A stretch of DNA of 64,000 nt from an uncultured Gemmatimonadales bacterium (GTDB lineage: Bacteria; Gemmatimonadota; Gemmatimonadetes; Gemmatimonadales; GWC2-71-9), in the NCBI GenBank assembly GCA_963798915.1, contig CAWCVB010000005.1:217291-281290 (forward strand). Direction: 5' to 3'. The first letter of the stretch is position 1. The number at the start of each line of letters is the position of its first letter. Below the pieces are notes generated by a model. That model was not told where the DNA came from and did no database searches. It saw only the letters and a list, made by a program, of their open reading frames with translations. Shown in pieces: positions 1-9,049 of this stretch. A program made the position numbers and the translations under genes.

Positions 1-11
1 GCCTTGCAGGG

Positions 12-29
12 CGTTGCGGAAAAATGACA
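12..29. promoter_or_regulatory. Candidate enhancer-binding-protein site CGTTGC-N6-ATGACA
   Basis: Resembles the imperfect palindromes at 3734-3751 and 3780-3797 upstream of the sigma-54 regulator. Confidence 0.35.
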
Positions 30-52
30 AGCCCGCACGACTCCTGCGGTAC

Positions 53-68
53 AGGAACCGCCGTTGCT
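53..68 (+). promoter_or_regulatory. Candidate sigma-54 (-24/-12) promoter
   Basis: aGGaaccgccgTTGCt has GG-N10-GC spacing with TTGC, about 60 nt upstream of the ATG at 128. Confidence 0.45.
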
Positions 69-127
69 GCCTCATTGGGTAGCGTCATGCGGATCGCCCC
101 CTCGCCCTTCGCCCTGCACGAGGAGCC

Positions 128-1060
128 ATGGCCCGACGTGAGCCTGCCGAAGTGCTGCCGCTGGTGCTCATCGCCAACGATCAGGAATGGTCGGCGCGCT
201 CGCTGGAGAGCATCCTCGCGCCCAACGGTTACGCCGTGGCTCGCGCCCATACGGGACGTCAGGCCATGGACCGGGCCCGCCAGGAATTGCCGGACCTTAT
301 TATCCTCGACGCGCAAATGCCTGACATGCATGGCTTCGATGTCTGCCGCATGCTGCGCGACGACCCGCGATTTGGCCCCAGCACCCCGATACTGATCACT
401 ACGGCCGGCCCATCGGGGCGAGCCCAGCGGCTGGAGGCATACCGGGCCGGTGCGTGGGAGTTCCTGGGTCAGCCGGTGGATGGCGAGGCCTTGCTGCTCA
501 AGCTGCGGACCTTCATCCAGGCCAAGGTGGCCACCGATGCGCTACGGGATGAATCCCTGCTCGATAGCGCCTCGGGGTTCTACAACATGCGGGGTTTGGC
601 GCGCCGGGCACGCGAAATCGGCTCCGAGGCGCAGCGACGTCACCAGCCCCTCGCTGCGGTCGTCTTTGCCTCCGACTCGGACCTGGGTGGGGAACTCTCC
701 GACGAAGACGAAGAACACCTGGCCGAGCATGTCGGTCAGGTGTTTCGGCAGGCAGGCCGCGTCTCCGATGCGATTGGCCGTCTCGGAGCCAACGAATTCG
801 GCGTGATCGCGCCGGCCACGTCTCCCGAGGCGGCGTTGAAGATGGTCAATCGCCTCGGTAGCTCATTCGACGGCACGTCAGTCGAGCTTGGAGGCACGCC
901 GCGTCAGCTCCGGCTGCAGGCCGGTTATAGCGCAGTGGAGGATTTCGCCTCGTCCGAAGCCGATGCCGTCGAGCTGCTGCTGCGCGCCACGACCGCGCTC
1001 CGTGATCTGCGGAAGCAGGGAAGCTCCGAGCGGGTGCGGGCTTTCCAGAACCAGAACTGA
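128..1060 (+). CDS. Response regulator: atypical REC plus degenerate GGDEF domain (probable c-di-GMP effector)
   Basis: REC motif LIILDAQMP; LLDSASGFYNMRG (the DxLTGLxNRR equivalent); RVSD-AIGRL-GANEF; GAGGAG RBS before the ATG. Confidence 0.85.
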   Translation: MARREPAEVLPLVLIANDQEWSARSLESILAPNGYAVARAHTGRQAMDRARQELPDLIILDAQMPDMHGFDVCRMLRDDPRFGPSTPILITTAGPSGRAQRLEAYRAGAWEFLGQPVDGEALLLKLRTFIQAKVATDALRDESLLDSASGFYNMRGLARRAREIGSEAQRRHQPLAAVVFASDSDLGGELSDEDEEHLAEHVGQVFRQAGRVSDAIGRLGANEFGVIAPATSPEAALKMVNRLGSSFDGTSVELGGTPRQLRLQAGYSAVEDFASSEADAVELLLRATTALRDLRKQGSSERVRAFQNQN

Positions 1061-1096
1061 GCACGCCGACTCTCCCGGACGGATCCACGAGATGCC

Positions 1097-1130
1097 AAAG
1101 GCACGAAGGAAACTCCTTCGTGCCTTTTTG
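1097..1130. terminator. Intrinsic terminator between convergent genes, possibly bidirectional
   Basis: Stem-loop AAAGGCACGAAGGA-AAC-TCCTTCGTGCCTTT followed by a T-tract. Confidence 0.85.
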
Positions 1131-1160
1131 CGCATCTGGCTTTGGCCTGTGCGGCTCGGA

Positions 1161-3542
1161 TCAGCCGGCTGACGCGATCTGCGCCGGCTCCTCGTCTGCA
1201 GTGTACCCATAGACATAGCGATAGTACTTGTACGCGGTCTCCGCGGTGTTCACGCTGTTGAGCACCGCACCCAGCAGGCGGATGGGAAGGCGATCCATCA
1301 ACCGCAGCTGGCTTTCGGCCATCTCGCGCTCGGTCTCACCCGAGCGGAGCACCAGCAGCATGTTGCCGGTGGCGGTACCGAGCACGAACGGATCGATGCC
1401 GGCCCCAAGCGGCGGGCTGTCGATGATGATCACGTTGAAGCGACCCTTGAGCGCGGCCATCGCGTCACGCATGGCGCCCGAGCCCAGGAGCTCCGGCCCG
1501 TGGTGATGGCGCGTTCCACAGGCGACGACCGAGAGATTCTGGTGTGATGTGGCCCGCAGCACGTCGTCGAGCGCCGCCTGTCCGGACAGATGATCCAGCA
1601 GGCCCGGCCGGCGATCAAGGTTGAACATGCGGTGCAATTCGCCCCGCCGGATGTCGCCGTCAATCAACAGGGTGCGATAGCCAGCCTCCGCAAACGAGAG
1701 CGCCAGGTTCGAGGAGACCAGCGATTTTCCATCGCCAGGGCTGGGGCTCGAGACCGTGAGCATGACCGGCCCTGCCGCCCCATAGGCGTGGGCAATGTTC
1801 ATGCGAATGGTTCGGAACGCCTCCACCACCTGCGCCAGTTCTTCGGGCGATTGCTCGCCCCGCAGTTGCTTCATGGCAGGGACGGCGCCCAGAATGCTGA
1901 GCCCCAGCTCCCGGGTGACCTGCTCCGGATAGCGGAAACGCTTGTCCAGACGATCGAGCAGCACGGCGAGACCCAGGGCCACACCAAGGCTGATGGCAAA
2001 CGCTGCCAGCACCAGGACGACCGCGCTGTTGCTGGAGGGGCGCTGCGGCGGCACCGCGGGATCGAGCACCTGCACGTCCGGGGTCGAACTCGCCTCGTCC
2101 AGGCGTGCCTGCTGGTATTGCAGCTTGATGTTGGCGAACATCTGCGAAAGGATGTCTCGTTCGCGAGTCAGCTGCTGTTCCGTGATCATGCGGCCGGGAA
2201 TCTGGCGGATTTCGGCGCCCGCCTCGTTCACCTGGCTCGACAGCGCCATCGCCTGCGCCTTCAACGCGTTCGACAATGCATTGATGTAAGTGGGCACAAC
2301 CTGCCGCCGCAGCGTGTCCACCCTGGCCTGGGCCTCCTGCACATTGGGCGACTGGGGTGTGTAGCGAAAATTGAGCGCCTCCAGTTCCTGCTCAGCCGCA
2401 CCCAGCGACTTGAGCGACTGGTTCAAATCGGGCGCGTTGAGCACCGACGGAATGGTTTGCAGCTCGTCGGTGATCTTCTCCCCGTTGCGCGCCTTCTGCA
2501 TGGCTTCATTGAGGCGCTGCTGGTCGCGATGGATCTGGTCCAGGAGCACCCGTTTCTGGAAATAGTCGGTCATCACCGTGTTCTGGGTGATACCGGTGGC
2601 AGGGGAGACCGCCGTGCCCTCGCTCGGCTTGGTGATCGTCGCCGCCTTGTAGCTTTCCAGCCGGCCATCCGCTTCCTTGAGCTGGTCGCCCACGGCGCTG
2701 AGCTGCTCCTCGAGCGACTTGGCCTGCGCGGTGATCTGCCTGTTCTTGAGGTCGCCCGCCACCTTCACGAATTGGGTATCGACGAGGTTCAAGGTCCGGG
2801 TGAGCCGGGCCGGATCATTGCCCGAGAGGCTGACGCGGAGGAAGCTGCCCTCCTGGGCCAGGTTGGAGACCAGGTCCATGGCCAGCGCCTTGGACGCGTC
2901 GCGAGGTGTGACCAGTGAAAACTGGATCTTGCGGCCCCTGCCCAGAAGGGCAGGTGATGGCGTCCAGCGCATGCCCAGCTTCTGGCCGATCGGCTGACCC
3001 GCCCGCCCGGTTTCCAGCGTTATGCCCGCCTTGTCGCGCAACGCGTAGTTCTTGCCGTTGGGACTCAGCTCCAGCACATACTCGCCCGGCCGCCAGGGCC
3101 ACTGGCCCTCGAAACTCTTGAACAGGGTGGTGTCGTCCACGCTCTTGGGCTCGAGATACAGCTTTTCCTTCACGACCACGGTGTCGAGCACCACGTTGGT
3201 CGTGAGCAGTTCCACCCAGTTCTGGCCCTCAATAATGCCCTTCTCCTTGCCTTGGCTCCGGGCCTGCCCCTCGGCGCTCCGGATCCAGATGGTGGAGGTG
3301 ACGTTATAGACGGGCTTGATGAAGTGGGTGGCGAGGAGGCCGATTCCGGTGCCAGCCACGACGATTGCAACGATGAGCCAGCGGAAGCGACGGATAGCGG
3401 AGAAGACGCGGCCAATGGAGAGCCCGCTACCCGAGTCGGGGTCGGCCAGGGCTGACGCCGGGTCGTAGGCGGCAGGCGGGGCGGGCTGCTGGTATTGGGT
3501 CAGCCCCTCGTTGGAGCCGGGAGGAAGCATGTTGCCAGCCAT
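1161..3542 (-). CDS. wzc: Wzc/GumC-family polysaccharide co-polymerase and tyrosine autokinase (BY-kinase)
   Basis: Two TM segments flank a coiled-coil periplasmic region; Walker A SSPSPGDGKS; LLIDGDIRR; IIIDSPP; C-terminal Tyr cluster YKYYRYVYGY. Start set at ATG 3542 (GGAG RBS). Confidence 0.92.
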   Translation of the reverse strand: MAGNMLPPGSNEGLTQYQQPAPPAAYDPASALADPDSGSGLSIGRVFSAIRRFRWLIVAIVVAGTGIGLLATHFIKPVYNVTSTIWIRSAEGQARSQGKEKGIIEGQNWVELLTTNVVLDTVVVKEKLYLEPKSVDDTTLFKSFEGQWPWRPGEYVLELSPNGKNYALRDKAGITLETGRAGQPIGQKLGMRWTPSPALLGRGRKIQFSLVTPRDASKALAMDLVSNLAQEGSFLRVSLSGNDPARLTRTLNLVDTQFVKVAGDLKNRQITAQAKSLEEQLSAVGDQLKEADGRLESYKAATITKPSEGTAVSPATGITQNTVMTDYFQKRVLLDQIHRDQQRLNEAMQKARNGEKITDELQTIPSVLNAPDLNQSLKSLGAAEQELEALNFRYTPQSPNVQEAQARVDTLRRQVVPTYINALSNALKAQAMALSSQVNEAGAEIRQIPGRMITEQQLTRERDILSQMFANIKLQYQQARLDEASSTPDVQVLDPAVPPQRPSSNSAVVLVLAAFAISLGVALGLAVLLDRLDKRFRYPEQVTRELGLSILGAVPAMKQLRGEQSPEELAQVVEAFRTIRMNIAHAYGAAGPVMLTVSSPSPGDGKSLVSSNLALSFAEAGYRTLLIDGDIRRGELHRMFNLDRRPGLLDHLSGQAALDDVLRATSHQNLSVVACGTRHHHGPELLGSGAMRDAMAALKGRFNVIIIDSPPLGAGIDPFVLGTATGNMLLVLRSGETEREMAESQLRLMDRLPIRLLGAVLNSVNTAETAYKYYRYVYGYTADEEPAQIASAG

Positions 3543-3612
3543 AGTTGCAAGACTCCACGGTGACCGGGGGGCAGCCGGGCCCGGTTGGCCCTGCCGCGAC
3601 ACCCCTCCCCCA

Positions 3613-3629
3613 CGCAAACTGAATACCGC
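3613..3629 (-). promoter_or_regulatory. Candidate sigma-54 promoter for wzc
   Basis: Minus strand cGGtattcagtTTGCg has GG-N10-GC spacing, about 70 nt upstream of the wzc start and about 105-170 nt from the palindromic sites. Confidence 0.4.
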
Positions 3630-3733
3630 GGGATGGCTTTGGGCAACCCGTTGCGGTAGCGCGGTACCGCGTGGACTTAGGTTTGCATGGCTGATGCGCC
3701 GGGTAGGCGACTCACTGCCGGACCCAGCTTGAC

Positions 3734-3797
3734 TGTTGCAATAAAGCTACAAGAGTGGCAGCTTGACGCAACAATAAACCGTTGCATAGTTGTGACA
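3734..3797. promoter_or_regulatory. Three tandem imperfect palindromes (TGTTGC-N6-GCAACA type), candidate activator binding sites
   Basis: TGTTGCaataaaGCTACA (3734), TGGCAGcttgacGCAACA (3756), CGTTGCatagttGTGACA (3780), spaced 22 and 24 bp apart in an AT-rich intergenic island. Confidence 0.5.
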
Positions 3798-3872
3798 CAT
3801 CCGTTGGCTTGGTTCCATCGCCTGTGGTGAGAATGTGACTCCTGAGCCGCGGAGTCCGCCGAGGAGAGTCCC

Positions 3873-5399
3873 ATGAGCAGTTCGCTGGCGTTCAGCACGC
3901 CGCCGTCCGACAACTCCAGCGCCGCTGATCCGGCGCGCGATCCGCTGTCGATCCCGCCGGAAGTGAAGGCAAGCATCCGGGTCCTGGTGGTGGACGACGA
4001 GCGCACCCTACGCGAGAGCTGCGCAAGCGTGCTGCAGATGGACGGCTTCAACGTGACCGTCATCGGCCGGGGCGAGGAGGCGCTGGACACCGTCCGGCGG
4101 CGCAAGTTCGACATCATCCTGGTTGACTTGTACATGTCCCAGGTCTCGGGCCTCGAAATCCTGCGGGCCGCCATGGAAGCGCACCGGGATACCATCGTCG
4201 TCGTAATGACGGGCAATCCGAGCGTGACCAGCAGCATCGAAGCGCTCCGTGCCGGCGCCTGGGACTACCTGCCCAAGCCGTTCTCGGCCACCCACCTGCA
4301 AGTGCTCGTCGGGCGGGCTTCGCACGCGGTCATGGTGGGCCGGGAAGCCCAGGACCTGCGACTCCAACTGCAGCAGCAGCACGGGCACAGCGACAAGATC
4401 GCGCTCATCGGCATCTCGCCGTCCTTCCGGAAGGCGGTCGAGCTGGCCCGGAAGGTCGCAGCCACCGATGCGTCGGTGCTCATCAGTGGCGAGAGCGGCA
4501 CGGGCAAGGAAGTCATTGCCCAGTTCATCCAGCAGAACAGTCGCAGGGCCAGTCGTCCGCTGGTCCCGATCAACTGCGCGGCGCTTCCCGAGCCACTGCT
4601 CGAAAGCGAGATGTTCGGCCATCGCAAGGGCGCGTTCACGGGCGCGGACCGGGACAAGCCCGGTCTGCTCGAGACCGCGAACGGCGGGACGCTCTTCCTC
4701 GACGAATTGACGGAAATGACTTTGGCGCTCCAGGCCAAGCTGCTGCGCGTGATTCAGGATGGCGTGGTGCGCCGGGTGGGATCCGAGACCCAGGATGCCG
4801 TGGTGGACGTACGTTTCATCTCCGCCACCAATCGCGATCCGCAGGAGGCGGTGGACCAGGGCATTCTTCGCAGCGACCTGTTTTACCGGTTGCGTGTGGT
4901 GCCGATCAAGCTGCCCCCGCTGCGGAAACGCCTCGAGGATATCCCGCTGCTCGCCAACCATTTCCTCACGATCTTCTGGCAGCGCCATCGGCAGATGGGC
5001 GATCGCATGCCGAAGCTCAGCGAGGAAAGCATCGCCTTCCTGCGTTCGCGACAGTGGCGCGGCAACGTCCGCGAGCTGCAGAACGTGATCGAGCACGTGG
5101 CCGTGCTGGCCGAACCCGACCAGCTCATCCAGCCCAGCGAAATCCCGATCTACGACGATCCGGGCGACTGGCCCTCGGAGTCGGCCGGCTCCTCGGCCAC
5201 GCTGCTGAATGAGGCCTATCATCCCGCCAAGGAAAAGGTGATTGCCCAGTTCGAACGGGAGTATCTTACCAGGCTGGTGGGGCGCGCCGGCGGCAACATG
5301 TCCAAGGCGGCACGCTTGGCCAGCATCGATCGTACGACGCTGTACCGGTTGATGGACAAGCACGACTTTCAACGATCCGAGACCACATCGGAAGAGTGA
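3873..5399 (+). CDS. Sigma-54-dependent two-component response regulator (NtrC/AtoC family)
   Basis: REC (VVDDE, LVDLYM, YLPKP); AAA+ GESGTGKE, ESEMFGH-KGAFTGA, LFLDE, WRGNVRELQN; Fis-type HTH GNMSKAARLASIDRTTLYR. Confidence 0.95.
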   Translation: MSSSLAFSTPPSDNSSAADPARDPLSIPPEVKASIRVLVVDDERTLRESCASVLQMDGFNVTVIGRGEEALDTVRRRKFDIILVDLYMSQVSGLEILRAAMEAHRDTIVVVMTGNPSVTSSIEALRAGAWDYLPKPFSATHLQVLVGRASHAVMVGREAQDLRLQLQQQHGHSDKIALIGISPSFRKAVELARKVAATDASVLISGESGTGKEVIAQFIQQNSRRASRPLVPINCAALPEPLLESEMFGHRKGAFTGADRDKPGLLETANGGTLFLDELTEMTLALQAKLLRVIQDGVVRRVGSETQDAVVDVRFISATNRDPQEAVDQGILRSDLFYRLRVVPIKLPPLRKRLEDIPLLANHFLTIFWQRHRQMGDRMPKLSEESIAFLRSRQWRGNVRELQNVIEHVAVLAEPDQLIQPSEIPIYDDPGDWPSESAGSSATLLNEAYHPAKEKVIAQFEREYLTRLVGRAGGNMSKAARLASIDRTTLYRLMDKHDFQRSETTSEE

Positions 5400-6571
5400 G
5401 CGTGGATATCGCGCATCCGACCAGCGGTGAACGGCGGCGAAGCGCCGCACCGCACCCCACAGAAGCTGCAGCGCCAGTGTGGGATGGGGATGGCACCCTC
5501 GACGGTACCATCGCGCCATCGCTCTGGGCAGCGTTGCGGCGTGCGGTGGAGCGCGTGGGCCGCGACTGGGAGCAGGTCGTCGAGCACGCAGTCTCGCCCG
5601 ATGAGGCCGCCCGGCACCTTGCCGTAGTCACGACGGCGATCCGCGCCGCGGTCGGCGGCCAAGTGCCCAACCTGCAAAGCGTCGGGCGCTCGCAGCTGGC
5701 CCGACGGCAACTGCGCCTCGTGCGGGAAGCCTTCATCCGGGAAGCCGCCACTTCATCGCCCAGTCCGGAAGTTCCACAGCTGCTTCGGCTGATGGACGCG
5801 ATGGAGCGGGTCGGTTCGGCGCTGGAGCCCGACTGGGCACAGCACCTCTCGGACCGGCTGTCGGGCCCCGATGGCCTCGAACTGGTGGTCGAGGTCGCCC
5901 ACGACATCCGCTCGCCATTGACCTCCATCCTCTTTCTGGCCGAGACGCTGCAACGTGGCCGCAGCGGACCAGTCAACGAGGTGCAGGAACGACAGCTCGG
6001 GCTGATCTACAGCGCCGCCTTTGGCCTTTCCTCCATGGCAAGCGACGTGATCGAACTGGCCCGTGGCGGCGACCGGCTGGTGGACCTCGACCCGATCCCG
6101 TTCTCGGTGGTCGATATCCTGGACTCGGTCCGTGATATCGTGCTGCCCATTGCAGAGGAGAAGGGGCTGGAAGTCCGGCTGGCCGGGCCGCGCCAGGATT
6201 TTCGGGTTGGCCATCCCGTGGCATTGAGCCGGGTTTTGCTCAACCTGACGACCAACGCCCTCAAGTTCACCAACGAAGGCCGGGTCGAGGTGACCGGACG
6301 TGACCTCGACGGTGACGCAGTGCAGTTTGTCGTCCATGACACGGGCCGCGGCATCCCGCCCCAGCGCATGGCCACCCTGTTCGAGCCATTCCGCCGACGC
6401 CAGCGCGAAGGCGAGTACGCCTTCTCGGGCTCCGGCTTGGGTCTCAGCATCTGCCGCAAATTGGTGGAGGCCATGGGCGCCGAGCTCGAGGTGGAAACCG
6501 AGCAGGAACGGGGCACCAGCTTTCGCTTCACCCTGCCGCTTCCAGTCGCGGGGCAGGGCCTGGTCGGCTGA
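5396..6571 (+). CDS. Cytoplasmic histidine kinase (HisKA + HATPase_c)
   Basis: H-box AHDIRSPL, N-box NLTTNALKF, G1 DTGRGI, G2 GSGLGLSI; no TM segments; GTGA overlap with the regulator. Confidence 0.9.
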   Translation: MSVDIAHPTSGERRRSAAPHPTEAAAPVWDGDGTLDGTIAPSLWAALRRAVERVGRDWEQVVEHAVSPDEAARHLAVVTTAIRAAVGGQVPNLQSVGRSQLARRQLRLVREAFIREAATSSPSPEVPQLLRLMDAMERVGSALEPDWAQHLSDRLSGPDGLELVVEVAHDIRSPLTSILFLAETLQRGRSGPVNEVQERQLGLIYSAAFGLSSMASDVIELARGGDRLVDLDPIPFSVVDILDSVRDIVLPIAEEKGLEVRLAGPRQDFRVGHPVALSRVLLNLTTNALKFTNEGRVEVTGRDLDGDAVQFVVHDTGRGIPPQRMATLFEPFRRRQREGEYAFSGSGLGLSICRKLVEAMGAELEVETEQERGTSFRFTLPLPVAGQGLVG

Positions 6572-6818
6572 TACGCCCTGTCCATTCAGACGGCCTCCCT
6601 CTACATTTCTGCGGCTCTCCGACAATCGGGGGGCGCTGCTCTCCCATGCATGTTCTGCGGCGGGCCGATCGCGACGGGGCGCTCTGGTGTGTCCCCACGC
6701 GTGCGACCGCTCGCCGCTGACCGCTCCGGAGACGGCCACGAATCACGCGCCGGCGACCGGACCCATTCCCGTTGAAGGGGATGAGGCTCGAGCCAGCCGG
6801 CCCTGACCTGCGACCGTC

Positions 6819-8429
6819 GTGAATTACTCACACTTGCGTCCCGGCCGTTCGGCCGAACTCGCGCCACATGCTCCGCATGCGGCCCTCCTCATCGACTTCG
6901 ACAACGTCACCCTGGGCATTCGCTCCGACCTGACCAAGGAGCTGAAGAACCTCCTCAACAGCGATATCATCAAGGGCAAGGTGGCGGTGCAGCGTGCCTA
7001 TGCCGACTGGCGCCGGTACCCGCAGTACATCGTCCCGCTGTCCGAATCCTCGATCGACCTGATTTTTGCCCCTGCCTTTGGCACCACCAAGAAGAACGCC
7101 ACCGACATCCGCCTGGCCATCGACGCGGTCGAGCTGGTCTTCACCCGGCCGGAGATCGGCACGTTCATCGTGATGTCGGGCGACAGCGACTTTTCGGCGA
7201 TGGTGATCAAGCTCAAGGAGTACGGCAAGTACGTTGTCGGCGTGGGCATCCGCGAGTCGGCCAGCGACCTGCTGATCCAGAACTGCGACGAGTACTTCTC
7301 CTACACTGACCTCGCCGGGCTGACCAAGGAAGGCGAGACGCCCTCGATCCAGCACGATCCATGGGAGCTCGTTTCCGACGCCGTGGCGCGCATGTCCCAA
7401 CAGGGCGACGTGATGCGCAGCGATCGCCTGAAGCAGGTCATGCAGCAGATCGATCCCAACTTCGACGAAAGCAACGCCGGGTTCAATCGCTTCAGCAAGT
7501 TTGTCACCGAAGCCGCCAACCGCGGCCTGCTCCAGCTCACCAAGCTGGAAAACGGTCAGTACGAGATCAGTCTGGGCGGCACTGCAGCCCCCAAGGCGAG
7601 TCGGACCGCCAGCCGGGGAGCGGCGGCGGCCTCTCGCCCGGCCGAGCCGGCGCGCGAGGAACGCACCGGCTCGCGTCGGCGTGGCCGTCGTGGCCGGGGC
7701 CGTGAGCGCGAGGCCGCACCCGCGGCTGACGTCGGTGCCCCGCCTGCGGCCCCGCGCACTGGGGGCGGCCTCACGCTGGCACGGGCGTTCGAGTTGATGA
7801 CCGAAGCCCTCGGCGAGTTCCGCGGACCAATCGGTCACGAGCAGTTGCGCTCCAGAATGGCGGCCATGTTTGGCAAGGAAGACGAGTTGCTCGATGCCGA
7901 GCGTTTCCCGCGGCTGCTGCGACAGGCCAACGATGCCGAGATCGCCGATGTCCGATCCGCCGGAGATGACGATTTCGAGATCAGCCTGCACCGGCGCCCA
8001 TCGTACCGGTCGGCGGAGCCGGCAGCGAGCGCCCCAGTTGCCGAGGGCGCTGCGCCTGAGGCCGCGGTGACGGAGCCGGCGGCGCCGGCCGCTCGGCGGG
8101 GTGTACGGTTCCGCCGCGGATCCCGAGCGCCAAGTCGTCCGGCGGAAGTCCCGCTGATCGGCGTCGTGAAGGTGGTGGAGGAACCCGCCGCGCCCGCCGA
8201 GCCGGCCAAGTCCGCGACTGCGGCCGGGCCGGCCAAGCCCCGACGGACCCGCAAGCGTTCGACGTCTGCCAAGGCCGGCAAGTCAACCAAGGCCAGCAAG
8301 GCCGCCAAAGCGGAGCCGCCAGCGAAAGGCGAAGAAACCAAGCCAGCGCCACGCAAGCGAACCCGATCGCGGGCAAAGAAGGCCACCACGCCCAAGGCCG
8401 GCGCCGGCAGCGACGGAGCGGCCCAATGA
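6819..8429 (+). CDS. NYN (LabA/DUF88) domain protein with OST-HTH/LOTUS domain(s) and a basic low-complexity tail
   Basis: LIDFDNV, KNATDIRLAIDA, SGDSDF, ACDEF-like NCDEY; LOTUS-like PNFDESNAGFNRFSKF; Ala/Pro/Lys/Arg-rich C-terminus. Confidence 0.9.
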   Translation: MNYSHLRPGRSAELAPHAPHAALLIDFDNVTLGIRSDLTKELKNLLNSDIIKGKVAVQRAYADWRRYPQYIVPLSESSIDLIFAPAFGTTKKNATDIRLAIDAVELVFTRPEIGTFIVMSGDSDFSAMVIKLKEYGKYVVGVGIRESASDLLIQNCDEYFSYTDLAGLTKEGETPSIQHDPWELVSDAVARMSQQGDVMRSDRLKQVMQQIDPNFDESNAGFNRFSKFVTEAANRGLLQLTKLENGQYEISLGGTAAPKASRTASRGAAAASRPAEPAREERTGSRRRGRRGRGREREAAPAADVGAPPAAPRTGGGLTLARAFELMTEALGEFRGPIGHEQLRSRMAAMFGKEDELLDAERFPRLLRQANDAEIADVRSAGDDDFEISLHRRPSYRSAEPAASAPVAEGAAPEAAVTEPAAPAARRGVRFRRGSRAPSRPAEVPLIGVVKVVEEPAAPAEPAKSATAAGPAKPRRTRKRSTSAKAGKSTKASKAAKAEPPAKGEETKPAPRKRTRSRAKKATTPKAGAGSDGAAQ

Positions 8430-9049
8430 GACGACGACGGGCAGCCACGCTGCCCGTTGCTTTTTTCCGGCGCTCGGCGGACGTCGTAGCACGCGAGCTG
8501 GTCGGTGCCGTGCTGGTATCGCGCACGCTCGACGATGTCGCGGTCGCGCGGATCGTCGAGACGGAAGCCTACCTCGGTGTTGCCGATCCTGCCTCGCATG
8601 CATGGAATGGACGCCGCAACCAGCAGAATGCATCAATCTACGGTCCGCCAGGCACGTGGTACGTTTACCGTTCCTACGGGATTCACTGGTGCGCCAACCT
8701 GGTCTGTCTGGATGAGGGCGTCGCGGAGGCCGTGCTCCTGCGCGCGGCCGAGCCGCTCGAGGGACTCGACGTCATGCGGAAACGCCGCGGTGGCGTCGCC
8801 GACCGGCTGCTGGCGTCAGGGCCTGGGCGGTTGGCCATGGCGCTGGGCATGACCCGCGCGATGGATGGCGTGGCCATGGCCGCATCGGGCGTGACCATTC
8901 ACCAAGGGGTGCGTGCACCGGACATAGAAACAACGGCGCGCGTGGGGATCACGCGCGCCGTTGATTGGCCATTGCGGTTCGTGGAACGAAACTCGCCGTG
9001 GGCGTCGGATCCCCGCGCTAGAGTTCCTCGCGTGAGGCGCCGAGGCTGA
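8426..9049 (+). CDS. mpg: DNA-3-methyladenine glycosylase (MPG/AAG family)
   Basis: RIVETEAYLG..DPASH, YVYRSYGIHWCAN, AVLLRA, GPGRL, RVGI. Confidence 0.93.
   Translation: MRRRRAATLPVAFFRRSADVVARELVGAVLVSRTLDDVAVARIVETEAYLGVADPASHAWNGRRNQQNASIYGPPGTWYVYRSYGIHWCANLVCLDEGVAEAVLLRAAEPLEGLDVMRKRRGGVADRLLASGPGRLAMALGMTRAMDGVAMAASGVTIHQGVRAPDIETTARVGITRAVDWPLRFVERNSPWASDPRARVPRVRRRG

Noticed and set aside
6819..8429. NYN protein as an anti-phage or toxin system
   Set aside because: Coupled to housekeeping mpg, with no antitoxin, defence-island or mobility context.
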